Position numbers and translations under genes: made by a program
In this document: piece after piece, positions 26,395 through 40,391 of the stretch
Layout of the letters: each line of letters begins with the position of its first letter
How positions within the stretch are numbered: the stretch's first letter is position 1
The notes under the pieces: model-generated
What the model saw: the letters and a program-made list of their open reading frames with translations, nothing else
What the model was told of the DNA's origin: nothing
Database searches by the model: none
NCBI GenBank assembly: GCA_951406725.2
Contig: OX597826.1
Coordinates: 51,832,001-51,896,000, forward strand
DNA length: 64,000 nt
DNA from: Octopus vulgaris
Taxonomy: Eukaryota
Reading direction: 5' to 3'

Positions 26395-28975
26395 AAAATT
26401 TTGCGTATGATTACATTGTGTTTTGGAGAAATCTGACACTATTGTGTATATCCTTCATGCAAGGTGGAAGGCGATGTTTCTTTTGGTGTGTCTTGGTTGG
26501 CATGAATTAAATAGTAGATATTGTTTGCCGTCTGTGGTTTTGTAAAATATGCTCGTTTCTATTTTTAGGTTTATTTTTTAAATTAGTATATCCAAGAATG
26601 GGAGTTCCTTTTGATTGCACTCCTTTGTGAACTGCATGTTTGCGTTGACGCTGTTCAATAGTCTTTTCAATTTCAGTAATTTGTCTGTGTTTTCATTCCA
26701 CAGTATGAAACAGTCGTCTAGAAATCTTTTCCAATTGTTTTCATGTATTGGGAAAGCGGGGTTTCCAAAGGTAGATGAAGATTTTTGGTATATTATTATT
26801 TCCAGATAGCCCATTGTTAGGTTAGGAATGCAAAGGTAGATGATGATTTGTGGTATATTATTTCCAGATAACCCATTGTTAGGTTCGGAATGACTGGGGC
26901 TGCCCTAGTGTCCAGGGCAATTCCGGATTTTGTCGATAAAACGTTTTGTTAAACATAAAGTGTTTGTTTCGTAGGATGAATTCAACCGATTCAATTATGA
27001 ATCCTTTGCTGACCCTTTCTGGAATTTCTTTCGAGAATTGGTCCAGCCAGAACTGAATTGCCTCAAGCCCATAATTGAGGTATTTTGATATATAAATTAA
27101 TCACAGCAAATGAAACCATGATTGTTTCTACAATGACTTTTTTTAGGAGGTGATTTAATATATCCAAGTCATCTCTGATATAGCTATTGATGTGTTTAAG
27201 GGTTTCAGGGAGATGTCCATAAATAGACCTAGTTGTTTGAGTTTCACAGGCTAGGCCAGCTATAATGGGTCGTAATTTTAGGTCCCCTGGGTTTGCTGTA
27301 TGTATGTACGTCTTTGGTGATTTTTTATGGTTTCGTTTATAATCTGGCTTTTGTGGACTTTTGGCAGACCGTAGAAAAGGCTAAGTTTGCATTTAAAGTT
27401 TGTTAAAAGATCAATTTCTTTGGTTGTCAGTTCTTTTCCATGGGTTTTAATTAGTGATGACATGGTTTTCATGATTTTTTGCGGGGTGCGATTTGTGATT
27501 TTTTCGTAATGTTGACTGTTATTAAGCATGGCGATTACTAGATTTCTATAGTATAATGTGTCCATTACTATCAACACTGCGCTTCATTTATCTGTTTCTT
27601 TAAGAGTTATATCTTCATTATTTTGAACTTCTTCTAGTTCCTTCCATTGTGTAGTGCTAAAGTTTGAGTTGACTTTTTGTTTATGCATGGTATGGTAGGG
27701 AAAGTTCTCAATGTGGTTGCAGAATTCATCAAGATCTTTCATTTTTTCCTTTGTGGGGGATATGTTCCCTTTTGTTTTTGACTAGGGAGCCATCTTCAGT
27801 ATTGTAATTGGCTAATCCTTCTGTGAGTCTTAATTTTATGCAGAATTCTATTATACTGTTCTTCACTTCATTTTGGTTGGCTCTGCATGGAGTTGGGGTG
27901 AATTTAAACCCTTTTGAGAGGATTCTATTTTTTGTGCTTGAAAGAGGTTTAGTTGAGAGGTTAATTATCTTCGTTTTTTCCTAATCAACAGTTTCCAACC
28001 TGTGTCCTGGTATCTCTGGTCTAGGGCTAAAAAATGTAGGTCGCATTTTTTTTTTGCATGAGCTGTCTGTGAAGTTGTATGGGATTGATCCGGGGGAATG
28101 GTGGCATTGTTGCTTCAGATTGTTATGTGTGTCGGGGTGTCTATGGATGTTTTTTGGTAGTGATGTGTGTAACATTTATGTATCCGGTATATTTATGCTT
28201 GGAATTTCTTGTATGCGGGGTGTTTCTTGATCTAGTGTTAATTTGTCCTTGTGTTCGGTGGGGACCAGTTATTTTGGGTCATGGGGTAGTAGTGCCTGGT
28301 ATGTGGTGTGTTTCTTATCACGTGTATCTATGTGGTGTGTTGTTATGGGGTGGTTATGCCTGGTATTGGGACGTTGTTGGTGTGTTCTGTTCCTGGTGTA
28401 TGGGTGATCTTTAGATTTGGTGTAATGTATTTCATAAATGTGTTGGCTGTCAGCTTGTTCGCTGCTTAGTTTCGGGTGGTTCAAAAATGGTGGCGGTAGG
28501 TGATTTCTATAATGATATATGGAGGATAATGAGGAGGGTTGTTGGTGACTAAGTGGTAAAAATTGGGTGGTTATTTGTGCGTTTTTCAGATTTTGTTTGT
28601 TATTTATAGTTTTTTTTATAGAAAAGGATTATCTGCACTGAATTCTTTTTTAAAAGTTGATTCATATCTTTCGAAGAAATCATTGCTTTTTTTCCCATCG
28701 TAGGAGAGAATTTCTTTCTTCATTTTCACAGACTTCTTTCCAAAGATTTATGGTGTTTTCGATGGGTTGTCCCTCGGTTTCTTTGTTTATTTCCCTGTGC
28801 AACTCCTCGTCGATGTTTTTATATTTTTCTTCATTAATGGTGGCTTTAAGTCTTAGTAGTTCGATCTCTGATTTTAGATGGAACAGTGATAACCTTCCCC
28901 TAATAATCCTCTGTCCGTCAGGCTCATTTGGTGTTCTTTTGATTTAGAATTTGCGTGGAAGAGTGATTGGTGTTG
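26395..28975 (-). mobile_element. Penelope-like retroelement, decayed (N-terminal region + RT; no GIY-YIG seen)
   Basis: Minus-strand PLE motifs in the expected order, broken by stops and frameshifts: GLKFTPTP, FYGLPKVHK, LRPIIAG, GTRAAP, MGYLE, WKRFLDDCFILW (catalytic DD), LPFLDILI, YKTTDGKQYLLFNSCQPRHTKRNIAFHLA. (TA)n tracts lie at or near both ends. Confidence 0.88.
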
Positions 28976-28981
28976 ATATGT

Positions 28982-29017
<36 letters not shown>

Positions 29018-29032
29018 GTATAAGTATGTATG

Positions 29033-29086
<54 letters not shown>

Positions 29087-29088
<2 letters not shown>

Positions 29089-29156
29089 CCGCAGGCGTGT
29101 CTGTGTGGTAAGAAGCTTTCTTTCCAACCACATGGTTCCGGGTACAGTCCCATGCA
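29087..29156 (+). mobile_element. SINE family B head only
   Basis: GCAGGCGTGTCTGTGTGGTAAGAAGCTT...CCAACCACATGGTTCCGGGTACAGTCCCA. Confidence 0.75.
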
Positions 29157-29713
29157 ATGGGACTGAAGAGCTACTAAAATAAGACCGACTAATAGTGTCT
29201 TACTTCAGAGATACTGTGATTGGGCAGATTTATAACAGGTGCCTTTGCGTCACCAAGCAAACTTGAAGCTCAGGACATATGGTTAGTTCTCTTTGAAAAT
29301 CGGGATGTTAGTACATGAGAAACTGCGAGAAAATTTTTTTTTTTAAACGAGAAGATTGACGCCAAAAGTGGAAGAAGACAAAGGGTGAATAAAACGGAAA
29401 AGAAAGGAAAGAAAAGAAAATTGTAATTTATGTTCCCTTTGACCGTAGAAATCATAATTAATCGAGCTGGAGTAGAATAATTTAACAGTGGGGTGTCTAA
29501 ACCTTGCGAAAAAACTACTCAATCCGGAGAGGGTGGTATGCTCCAGGAATTTGTTTTGTCCATGTGCTTACATTTGCTGTAAGCATTAAATTTGACGATT
29601 GCTTGGAGAGACAATATACGTTATACAAACGTGCTAAATAGTAGTGTCACTATTAGCAAAAAACAAGAAGTAGCTCTTATTTTAAACGATCATACATACA
29701 TATGTACATATAT

Positions 29714-29758
<45 letters not shown>

Positions 29759-29765
29759 CATGCGT

Positions 29766-29800
<35 letters not shown>

Positions 29801-30173
29801 AATAAATACACACACGCACGCATATATCTGTAAGGAGAATGAGTGATGAATCCACGTAATAATAAGTAAAAAGATCATGAAATAAAAACGAAGCAAACAA
29901 CTGAATATGAAGTTATACAAGTAAAAACAGGTGGTATTAAGATACAGAATGTGTAGAAAAAAAAAAACAAACAAACATGTCAATTGCAAAGGTACCAGGT
30001 AATGTGACAACATGGCTTTTGACCTTTTGCGACGAGAAATAAAGGAAGTCAGATATACAAGAGAAAATAAATAGAAATGGTTTATGACGTCAATTTACAT
30101 TAGTGACTCTCTCACTGTATCTAATTTTCGCTGTATGCCTCTTTGTGTGTGTATGTCTCCCTCTCTCTGCACT

Positions 30174-30205
<32 letters not shown>

Positions 30206-30341
30206 GTATATAACATATGTATAATATTTATAAGATGTTTTTTTTTTCATGGATGTCGTGGTTTTGTCCTTCGATGTTTATTCTGAACGGTTTGTGCAAT
30301 GCAGTGTCTCCTCTATAATCAATCATAGCTTGTATTTAATA

Positions 30342-30431
30342 CGAATATCAACACAACACTATTCTGTGTTTAATATAAATATCAACACTATACTACACTG
30401 AGTTTAATATAAATATTAACACTGTACTACA
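30342..30431. repeat. ~34-bp tandem repeat, ~2.5 copies
   Basis: AATATCAACAC...GTTTAATATA unit repeated. Confidence 0.7.
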
Positions 30432-30547
30432 TCGTAAGTTCTCTACATGTTTATGCATTTCATGCTAATTTTACAGCTGAGCCATCTCATACACACGCGC
30501 ACACACACACACAAGCACGCGTTCGCGCGTGTGCGTATGCGTGTCCT

Positions 30548-30579
<32 letters not shown>

Positions 30580-31503
30580 TGTGTGTTATGAATGTATGAG
30601 TTTTGCTGTTTGTGGACGTTCGTAGGTGTCTTGAATGAATCAGCTTGTGGGAGTGTAGTTGAGTGCCTGTGTCTGTTTGTGTGTATACAGAGACAAAATT
30701 AGCTAGGATTCCGCTAGAAGAGTATATTAATATTGGATTTATATATGGGGAAGATAATTTGCAATGTCCAGATATAATAAATGTTGTTAATATATGTCAA
30801 AAAGGTCGTTAGCTAGCAAGACACTGTAATTAACGTACAATAGATGAGATTTCCATACATTTCAGGCTGAACCAATATAGGCACTATATCTAGCAAATTT
30901 GTCTATGATTTTATAATTTATTACGTTTGTGTCAGTTCGCTATGTACATAAACATAGCTACACCAAATCTAAATCAAAATATTGCAGCTGTGCTTCAAAC
31001 ATTTTCTGAACGAATATGAATATATCAAATGCGTCATCAACTCGGATCAACAGTTTCAGAAATCAAGGAAAACACTTTGTAGATGCTTAGACGCTGAAAA
31101 CAGCATTTGAAACATAGATTAAGCCATGTGTGGTGAAGTCATACACCTTGCGATATAAATGACATTATCATTCTTGTATACACACACACACACACACATA
31201 CAAATATATATATCTATATGCACGTGTTTGTATCTGTGTTTGTCCCTCACCCTCTATCGTTTGACGACCAATGCTGGAGGGTACGAAATACATGTCTGTC
31301 GCAAGTCTCTGGAAAAGGACCCTCACTTTATGGGTTTGTGTGCAGGATCAATACTGATGACTTCCTGTAGCCTCCACTACATGCTCCGTCACCTCTTTAT
31401 CACCATTCGACTTATGAATAAAGTGTGATGCTGTTCTTGCTTTATGAAAAACGTGGATGATGAGCAATACTGCAGTGGGCATGGTTTGTGGAGACAGTCT
31501 CGG

Positions 31504-31657
31504 TCTCACATCTTTTAAATTTGTACTAGGTCTTGCAGAAAGTGCCTACAGCCCGGTAGTTATTAAGATGTAAGATTTGTCTCTCACATCTTTTAAATTT
31601 GTACTAGGTTTTTCAGAAAGTGCCTAGAGCCCGGTAGTTATTAAGACGTAATATTTT
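31504..31657. repeat. 78-bp tandem duplication
   Basis: TCTCACATCTTTTAAATTTGTACTAGG...GCCCGGTAGTTATTAAGA at 31504 and 31582. Confidence 0.9.
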
Positions 31658-31851
31658 TCTGGAGTGATCGTTTCCGGATGCAATTTTGTGACATGCTAAC
31701 TGACCCATCCCTACTACTGTTTAACTGCGCAGATTTGAGAACGATAATGGCTAACAGGTTGTTCCACATGCAGCAATCTTCCAGAACACTCGAACTTGAA
31801 CCTCACTGTTGGACGCAATTTGATGTCATACTATGCAGAATGTATATATAC

Positions 31852-31899
<48 letters not shown>

Positions 31900-31988
31900 A
31901 AATATTAGGGAATAAATCCAAACTTATAGGGAAAAATCAGAGTTAGGATTAAATCCAATTTTATGGTATAAATATATTATATTATATT

Positions 31989-32251
31989 ATATTAAATTAG
32001 AGATAAAACCACTATTAGGCAAATCAAACAATGAAAAACATAAGCCAATACATAAAATTAATTTAATTTATACCATTTTAAATATATATCAAAAGTATTA
32101 AAAGTTTAATAAAAGATAAAGAGTTCTTTATCTTTTATTAAACTTTTAATACTTTTTATATATCTTTAAAGTAATATAAATTAAATTAATTTTATGTATC
32201 GGCTTATGTTTTTCATTGTTTGATTTGCCTAATAGTGGTTTTATCTCTAAT

Positions 32252-32258
<7 letters not shown>
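31989..32258. repeat. 270-bp near-perfect palindrome (foldback)
   Basis: Arms of about 134 bp are reverse complements around GATAAAGA-GT-TCTTTATC (centre 32123/32124), with about 6 mismatches. Confidence 0.93.
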
Positions 32259-32284
<26 letters not shown>

Positions 32285-32312
32285 ATATCTATCTCTCTGT
32301 CTCTCTTTATCA

Positions 32313-32392
<80 letters not shown>

Positions 32393-33197
32393 CATAGAAG
32401 TTAAATTTAGAATTAAAGAGTTAAGGTTTAGAAAGTAGGCATTAAATGCAGTATCCAAAAATTATTTCATGCTAAGGTCCAGGTAGTGTACCTGCAGAGC
32501 TCGTTCACTTTTTATGGCTACCAAGCATCCTCAGCGATACTGTACGGTTCGTCGTTGGATCTACGTCCGAAATTCCGAGGTGCACGTAAGGAGTATTTTA
32601 AGTGATTACTAGAGAAGACGGAGTATAACTAGAAGTATTTATTAGTATAACAATCCTTTCACCTTCATTCTTCTCTGCGCCTTAGCGGCCGTGGGACGAT
32701 GTAATGAGACCAGATACCATGCCAAGTGCAAAAGCGCCTCGTTAGGTGACATAGGATGCTTCAAAACTTAGATTTACATTTTATTTTCGTTTCAATTTAT
32801 ATGCTGATGGTGAGAGTGCAGAATGTAACCGAAACGATTGTGGCTGTTGTGTTAATTAATGCTTCTAGTTACACTCCAACTTCAGTATTAATTTAAAATA
32901 TATAAAGCTATATACACGCATATATGTATGTGTATTTGTATGTATGGTGGATTCTCTTGTCGTCGTAAACGCGCCGTACATTAGCACATTGCCTCCATAA
33001 AATCGCCATTGTCCGTACAGGTGCATGGTGTACCACATGTCACATGTCGAAATAACAGAACAACATAAATTGAAATGTTTTGCTTAAGAAGATAACCCAA
33101 CGCCCGGTCCGGAAATCGAAATCCACGATCTTCCTATCGTGAAGGATTTAATCATTTTTAAATAAATCTTCACTTTTAACATTATTAGCCACTTGTA

Positions 33198-33581
33198 GTG
33201 GAGGCGCAATGGCCCAGTGGTTAGGGAAGCGGACTCGCGGTCGTAGGATCGCGGTTTCGATTCCCAGACCGGGCGTTGTGAGTGTTTATTGAGCGAAAAC
33301 ACCTAAAGCTCCACGAGGCTCCGGCAGGGGATGGTGGTGATCCCTGCTGTACTCTTTCACCACAACTTTCTCTCACTCTTTCTTCCTGTTTCTGTTGTAC
33401 CTGTATTTCAAAGGGCCGGCCTTGTCACTCTCTGTGTCACGCTGAATATCCCCGAGAACTACGTTAAGGGTACACGTGTCTGTGGAGTGCTCAGTCACTT
33501 ACACGTTAATTTCACGAGCAGGCTGTTCCGTTGATTTGGATCAACCGGAACCCTCGTCGTCGTAACCGACGGAGTGCTTCC
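33198..33581 (+). mobile_element. tRNA-derived SINE, full length, 14-bp TSD
   Basis: A box TGGCCCAGTGGTTAGG, B box GGTTTCGATTCCC. ATTAGCCACTTGTA lies at 33184-33197 and 33582-33595. Confidence 0.92.
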
Positions 33582-36500
33582 ATTAGCCACTTGTAACTTC
33601 ATAAATATGCTCAGAAAGCAGAGAGCTTGAATTGAATGGAAGTTAAATTTTCTCTTCGATACATATTAAGCAAATACGAAAGTTTGTATTTTCGATGCCA
33701 TACTATTATGATGAATGAATACCAACATCAACAACAAACAAGATCGTATATCATTTTGAAATTTTATTTCATGTTTTAACATCAAAGTGTATTTTCTGTC
33801 AAACTCTAGTTTTATATATACGGTACATTGTACTTTTATGTCATCCTCCTATAAATATGCAATTTTTTTTTTTTTAAAAATCGCTGCAAAATTTATTTCG
33901 TATCCTTCGAAACACAAAAGAAAGCAAGAAACATATGTGTATCGATGTGAATAGTCTTATTTAATTATTTATTTATTTATTTATTTATTTGTTTATTTAT
34001 CTGAAGAGCTCTTAAGATGGTAGACAGTGTAGTGAGTTTGAATTAATGATTTATACTTTTTTTCTCCCAACAATTATGCTTCTGAACTCATTCCTCACCA
34101 GCCTTTGTGATTCCTTTCATCTTACTGTGGTCGAAAATTTACATCAGAATCAAAGAACCATTCCTCTCAGTCAGTTCAAACAAATATAAAAAGCATACAC
34201 AATCAATGATAGAATTAGTATAAATAGCATAACTAGCTTTAAACTCTGCCTTTAGATACGTACAAAGAAGCCACATAGCCACGTACGGAGGACCAGTGTT
34301 ATCCTCTAATCCCGACCATCGGTTCCGCTCCGCTGTGCCTACTATTACGTTTATCGAGCATCATACTGAACACTATAATCCTACCATCAGAATAAAGTAA
34401 CTACTGCATGATAGAATCTCCTTGTAATACTCAACCAGACCGAGGTTTGATATATCAGGATCTTGGATACGTCGTTCCATATATCTGTATACTGATGTTC
34501 TGTTGTCCCTGACTAGAGGAAAGGCAAGATGGATGTCGACAGACAGCATAAACTTACGAACATTTATCAGTGCAAGCGTTTATATTTTCTTCAATGGATT
34601 TGAGACGATGTCTTTTAAATTCCAGATAGTGAGTAAAGGTGAATCTAACACACACACACACACACACACACGCATCTACACATACACACAAACTCACATG
34701 CGCGCTAACTCACGCACGCGCACACGTACACACACACATGGATGTGTAAATGTGTATATGTATGCATCTTTGTATCTATCAATATATCTGTCTGAGTGTG
34801 TTTGTGTGTGGATGCGTGTGTGTTAGTGTAAAAGAAGACGAAAATCCAATTTTCATGTAAAAAAAGTTCCAGTAAAAGTATCTAATGTATAAAGTTTTTA
34901 ACAACTGGCTGACTGTAAGCACAATAAAAACTAATGATTTTTCTTCAGTGTTCTTACTGAACCCTTAGAGCAGGTAATGTTATAAGTAATTTGTAAGCTA
35001 ACAAAGAATCGAATCCTCAATAGCTACTGAAATTGAATAAGATCGAAAACAAAATACGGGATGTCACAACATTTTCGAAGTAATTAATTAGATAGAATTA
35101 ATACAAGCCCCATCAAACCAAATTGAAAAATAATTTCACTGAAATACTTAGCAGCAAACCGATAAAGGTTTCCTTTCCTTTTTAGATTTTAAACAAATAC
35201 GTAAAGGTTTATGTCATTAAGGGGAAGAGAAAACAATGAAAGTGAAATGGGAGGAGTAAGTGAGAAAGAGAGATACAAAGATACAAAGAAAAATACAGGA
35301 AGAGAATAGTATCATACACTACAATACAAATCAGCTGAAATGCTTAGAAATAAAAAAAAGTGTGCCAACACATAATACATAATGTTTAGATTTTAAAAGC
35401 CCTAATGGAGGATTACCTTTCCCCTGAATGGTTTGAAACTATTAAATTGCTTCCATTCTTACACAGGGTACTTTTTATACAGCATATCGTATTAGTTCCC
35501 GAAAGAATTTGGGAAATGTATTATATAAAATGCTTAGAGCCAATATTTATTTAAGAATACAATTTTACTCTTAAATTTATTTATTAACTGTTTATTAAAA
35601 TTATCGACAATTGTGGCAGTCAAGCATACATTGTTATGAAAACTGACATAAATGGAGTTAAATATTTGCAGTTGAGTAGTACAGCAGCTGAAATACATTT
35701 CAATATTCCTCTCACATTGAAATACATTACCATACAGCAGAAATATATTTTAATTTTTAAAGGAAGGACCAAAGATAGTGTACGTTTTGTTGGCTCTTAA
35801 AATGGACATAGAAATATCTAAATAAATTTATAATTTAATTGGTTTGTTATACTGTGAAACTCAAAGCTATAATGTTTTGTATAGCCACAGTTCATCCTTG
35901 CTTTCATAAATTTTTTAACTAAAAGCATTCTAGATTTGACCATCCGGTCCGTTTGTGTGTCGAACAATTTGTCGGCCAATGTAGCCATTATTTTTGAAGA
36001 CAAAATTACCTGATTTGAGAGAATTTGGTTTATTAACAGGCCGATTCACCAGATGGCTACCCGTATTGGTTTTACTCCCCTTACGCCTTCTCGATCACTT
36101 ACATATAAATACCGTTAGAACGTAAATTCAAAATATGTTGCCACATAATAACATTGAAATTAACTGGAAAGTAACTGACGAGGCAAAGCTAAACTATAGA
36201 ATATGTGTAAATTACATTCATAAAATTATGGTTCCTTTTTGCCAATCGAAATCTAAATTATATATTCTGGTTGCGTATGAATCATATGATTAAATATATT
36301 AAATTTGAATTTTACTGTAGGCAAGAGAGTAAAAGTATAAAGAACCTATAAAGTTGCAAAACATCCGTTACTAGCAACATTTGAAAAATGTCCACTTTTC
36401 AACAAAGATAATTTGAATAAATAAAATGTATTCAAACTTCGGTTAACACAAGCGCTACACCAAAAATAAAAATACAATCAAACAAGGAAGTTATTGAGGA

Positions 36501-39500
36501 GAGTGAGCCAGATGTACACACGCACACAAAGTGAGAGAGGGTGGAAGGTGGGAGACCATTTCATCCGGTAACTCTTACGCAAGTTTGCCTTATAAATAAA
36601 ACCAGAGAAATAGGTTGTCAGAAAGGCATTAAAATGTTAAAACTATTTATAGTAAAATTGTGTATTTGTGTATAAAAGGAGATGGAAATTTCAAACAAAA
36701 AAGTGTAACTCAAAATATAAACGTTTTAATATATCAGTATTAAACGATGTGGAAGTTAATCGAGTTGACGCAATGATTCAATGTATGTTTAGACTTTTAT
36801 CCGCCATCTGTAAGACTACGGTAGGAAAGAGGTAAGTGAGGAGATTACAACTTCGTTCAGTGGCACATACATACATTAAAATCAGTTTTATAATCTAAAC
36901 AAAAGCTGGTTTTCTTTTCTGAGTTATGACTTCCCAGTTGATGCAAACGTCTTCGGATCGTTACACGATAGGCTTACGTAATAACGTTAGTGCTGTCCCT
37001 TGAAAACTGACACTTAACATATTTATGATACCTGTTTAGAAAATATTGAATAGATACTATAAGCTGTTACTGTTCATCACCATGAATGGTTTGAAGAGAG
37101 GATTTTGGAATGATGTACTTAAATACTCAATTCAAAGAAACAGTAGGGCTTCCATTTCACTCGTAATTCTATGTTCTAACTCATATAATGAATAAGAACA
37201 TATTATTTCGGTGTGATATTATATATCCCACAGTGTTTGCGATATGTACGTATAGCAAATGAAATTAAAAAGCTGTTGTTATTTATCCTCTAGTCATTTA
37301 TGTTAGAGCTGAGATAATCTGAAGGGAACTTAGCTGCTACTTTTAGTGAATCAATTTTAGTAACTGGTTATACGAAACGTTTTAGTGAATGGTATTTTCA
37401 TAAAATATCCAGATTTACAGCCAAAATCAGGTAGTTTTTGGCATTAGTTATCTAAATTACACGGAGCATGATTATTCTGAATAAATGTGGGAAGATAAAG
37501 AGCTGCATTGCGTTAGAAATAAACTGAAGATGCATTATTATTATTATTATTATTATTATTGTTGTTGTTGTTGTTGTTGTTATTATTATTAATAGTTCAT
37601 AAATCGGATTTTGATAAATCTATTTCATTTCTTCGTTTACCCCAAACAATTTAGCAACAACTCAAACTTTAATTAAATTGATTTCTAATAGCTTATTCAC
37701 GCCAACTGTTGAGTGCATCATATTTTAATTAATCAAACATTTTGTTTATTATTCATGAAGGTAAAATAAATATTTGAACCTAGGTCACGGCTTAGGCACT
37801 TTTATCATGTTTCAAAATTAAAAAAACAAAACCAGCTTACCAATAAAGAATGAAGCATCTGTAAACTATACTGCACTTTTAGCCATTACGAAAGGTGACT
37901 TCCTGATATGATTCATGTTTACAGTCAGGTTATTGTGTTTTAATGAATCGAATCATTTAGCCACAGAAAAGCAGATATCCTAAATCGAACTCATTGTTCC
38001 TTCAAGTGAAAAAAAACCCTGTTTAATGAAATCCACCACTTCTGCAGCCTCTTGTTAAGAGGTAGAAACTATTCAGAAGTTTACATGCAAAATCTGCCGC
38101 AAAAATTCTTGTGTTCACCGTTTATTCGTGATCTGTTTCATTTCATAGTTACATCGCTCATTATGATATAAAAACACAGTATTAGTACGTTGGTTGGTTT
38201 AGCTATTTTAATACTCTTTCGTACAGCACATAGATGCTGTGAATCAAACCACTGTGATGTACTGATGTTGCAACAATTTTAAAGATTTTAATTACTGACG
38301 CAAGGTGAAAAACATTGTTTGCAATATTCAATGAAGTGTATTGTTATTTTAAAATCATTTCAAATGAACATCTGTTATAAGAAAAATTTTCAGATATCAT
38401 CGCTTGAATTGATTGTAGTCAATGTAATAAAAAATTTCCATTGTTGTTTTTCTTGTTTACTTCAGAAAATAATTGTTACTTAACGACACATTAAATTTAT
38501 ACTACTAGCTAACACAGAGACACACACACTCTCATACATTAACTGTTGTTACTACTTACAATTCTGAACAAAGAATGGCACAATATCCAATAGAAAGAGA
38601 TAAACCCACAGTATATATGTCAAAAAGCGTTGGGACAGTTTCGTTGTGAAAGAAAACAGGTAACTTACGAAAACGTATTTTATTAAAAATACTCATATTA
38701 ATGTGTTGATCTCTCTAGGAATGTTTTAGTTGATCGGTCAATCGAACTGATCTGCCTTTTCATTGAAATATAATGTATGTGGTAGACACTTCTGAAGATA
38801 ATCATGCCTTTATTGTTATCTTTCAGCAACTGTCCATCCAACGATTTTGGACAGTTGTTATTTCACAAATTTCTCACAAAAGACTTGCGCCGAAGCACGT
38901 CTTTCATGGAGACGTAATAAGTATTTTATCTGGTATTTTATAAAACTACAGGCAAGGATAAGTACGACTGCTGGTGTATGCAGTATGTATGTACACACAC
39001 ACACACATATCTATAATGTAGATGGATGGTACAAGTATTTTAACAATGAGAATAGGACAAAGTCAATACAACAAATATTAGAATTAAATTCCCTGTAGTA
39101 ACAGCATCAAATGTTTAGCTTCACTGGAAAAGGTTAACGCATTTATTGATAACTTTAGGCAATACACAAACGTGAATGCGAATTAGATCTATGTTGCGTT
39201 TATCTTGCAATCATTAAAGATGGAATATTAAACTTGGGTTTGGTAACTGTAAATCACCGTCGCTTCAGTTGTAACACAATGAGATTTTTGGGAGGGGCTG
39301 ATTTCACGAAGAATTAAAAAGCCGCTTATGTCAAATTCATGATAAATTATTCCAAAACAGGAGAAATTTTGATGATATCTTGTATTTAATATTTCGTTTA
39401 TAAAGTGAAGAAAATACTTATTGTTTTCTAAAACCAAATAATGATTTGAAACGTAACGGAATATTAAACGTTGTCATGACGTGCGTTGAAAATTCTAATA

Positions 39501-40391
39501 TTATGTTGTTACATCATTGAATAAGTCACTATTACAACGAACATTTCAAAGTAATAAACTGATGTTGTGTCTTACGATGACAGCAAATAATCAAAAAGAG
39601 GTATGTATTCAAGTATTGATGGATTCCATGAATTTTATGATGAAATTGTGCATTACAATGGTTAGTTATTGGAGAGATATACAAACTCAAAGTTTCACAT
39701 ACATGCACACAGAAAAAAAATTGACAAATAGTTGTAACATCGCTTGAAGGATTTGAGCACCGTATCTGAGGTACAGCGTACAACAGTGTTAATCACAAAA
39801 CTAGAGCGCCATCACCATCATCGTTCGCTATCTAATTAAATAGCTACAATGACGTATTAGTGACCTGTCAAGAGGAATCCCAGTAGACAGTATACAAGTT
39901 ATAGTATTATATATCTCTAATAAAGAAGGAACCAGAATATGTTTAGTCAGAAATAATGAAGATCTGGTTTCTTAGGGAATTTATGTACAGGCATAAACTA
40001 ACGTTAAATTTATATTATAATTAACATACTACTCTATACACTACCGAGAAAAACGGTTTTATTCCTCTGTGTTTGTGAGTGTACGCGTGCTACTCAAATC
40101 TAAGTTCCTAAATGGAATTGTGATATGTCTCTAGACGATTTGCTAATCAATATTCTGGACTACTCGAGTATTTCTGTTCAATAAAACTGTGGGGTTTTGT
40201 TACCAATAAAAAACAATTTATTTGTTAAATATTATTTTTCAAAATGTTTGCTAAATGTCTTAAATCTTTCTTGTTGACATTACTTTCTACATTAAACAAA
40301 CATTAGTGGATAATTTTTGCTATTTTTTCTTAAAACACACTAATATCAAAACGCTTTTCTAATATATTTCTATTTCTGTATAATTTTTCAG

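Noticed and set aside
26766-26885. ~55-bp tandem duplication inside the PLE RT region
   Set aside because: Real, but ordinary decay of a dead element.
29163-29208. CTGAAG...TAAGAC/GTCTTA...CTTCAG hairpin containing CTGAAGA
   Set aside because: No GAAA box in the right position; a short imperfect hairpin like this is expected by chance.
32485-32545. Minus-strand CTGAGGA...GAAC hammerhead candidate
   Set aside because: The GAAA box and cleavage site are missing and stem I is not convincing.
33198-33275. tRNA gene
   Set aside because: A and B boxes are present, but the sequence continues into a SINE body enclosed by a TSD, so it is a SINE head.
35818-36120. Possible additional exon
   Set aside because: No open frame bounded by AG/GT that resembles a receptor sequence.
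39517-39790. Coding-like stretch upstream of the exon
   Set aside because: The most protein-like frame has several stops, I recognise no family, and there are no clear splice signals.
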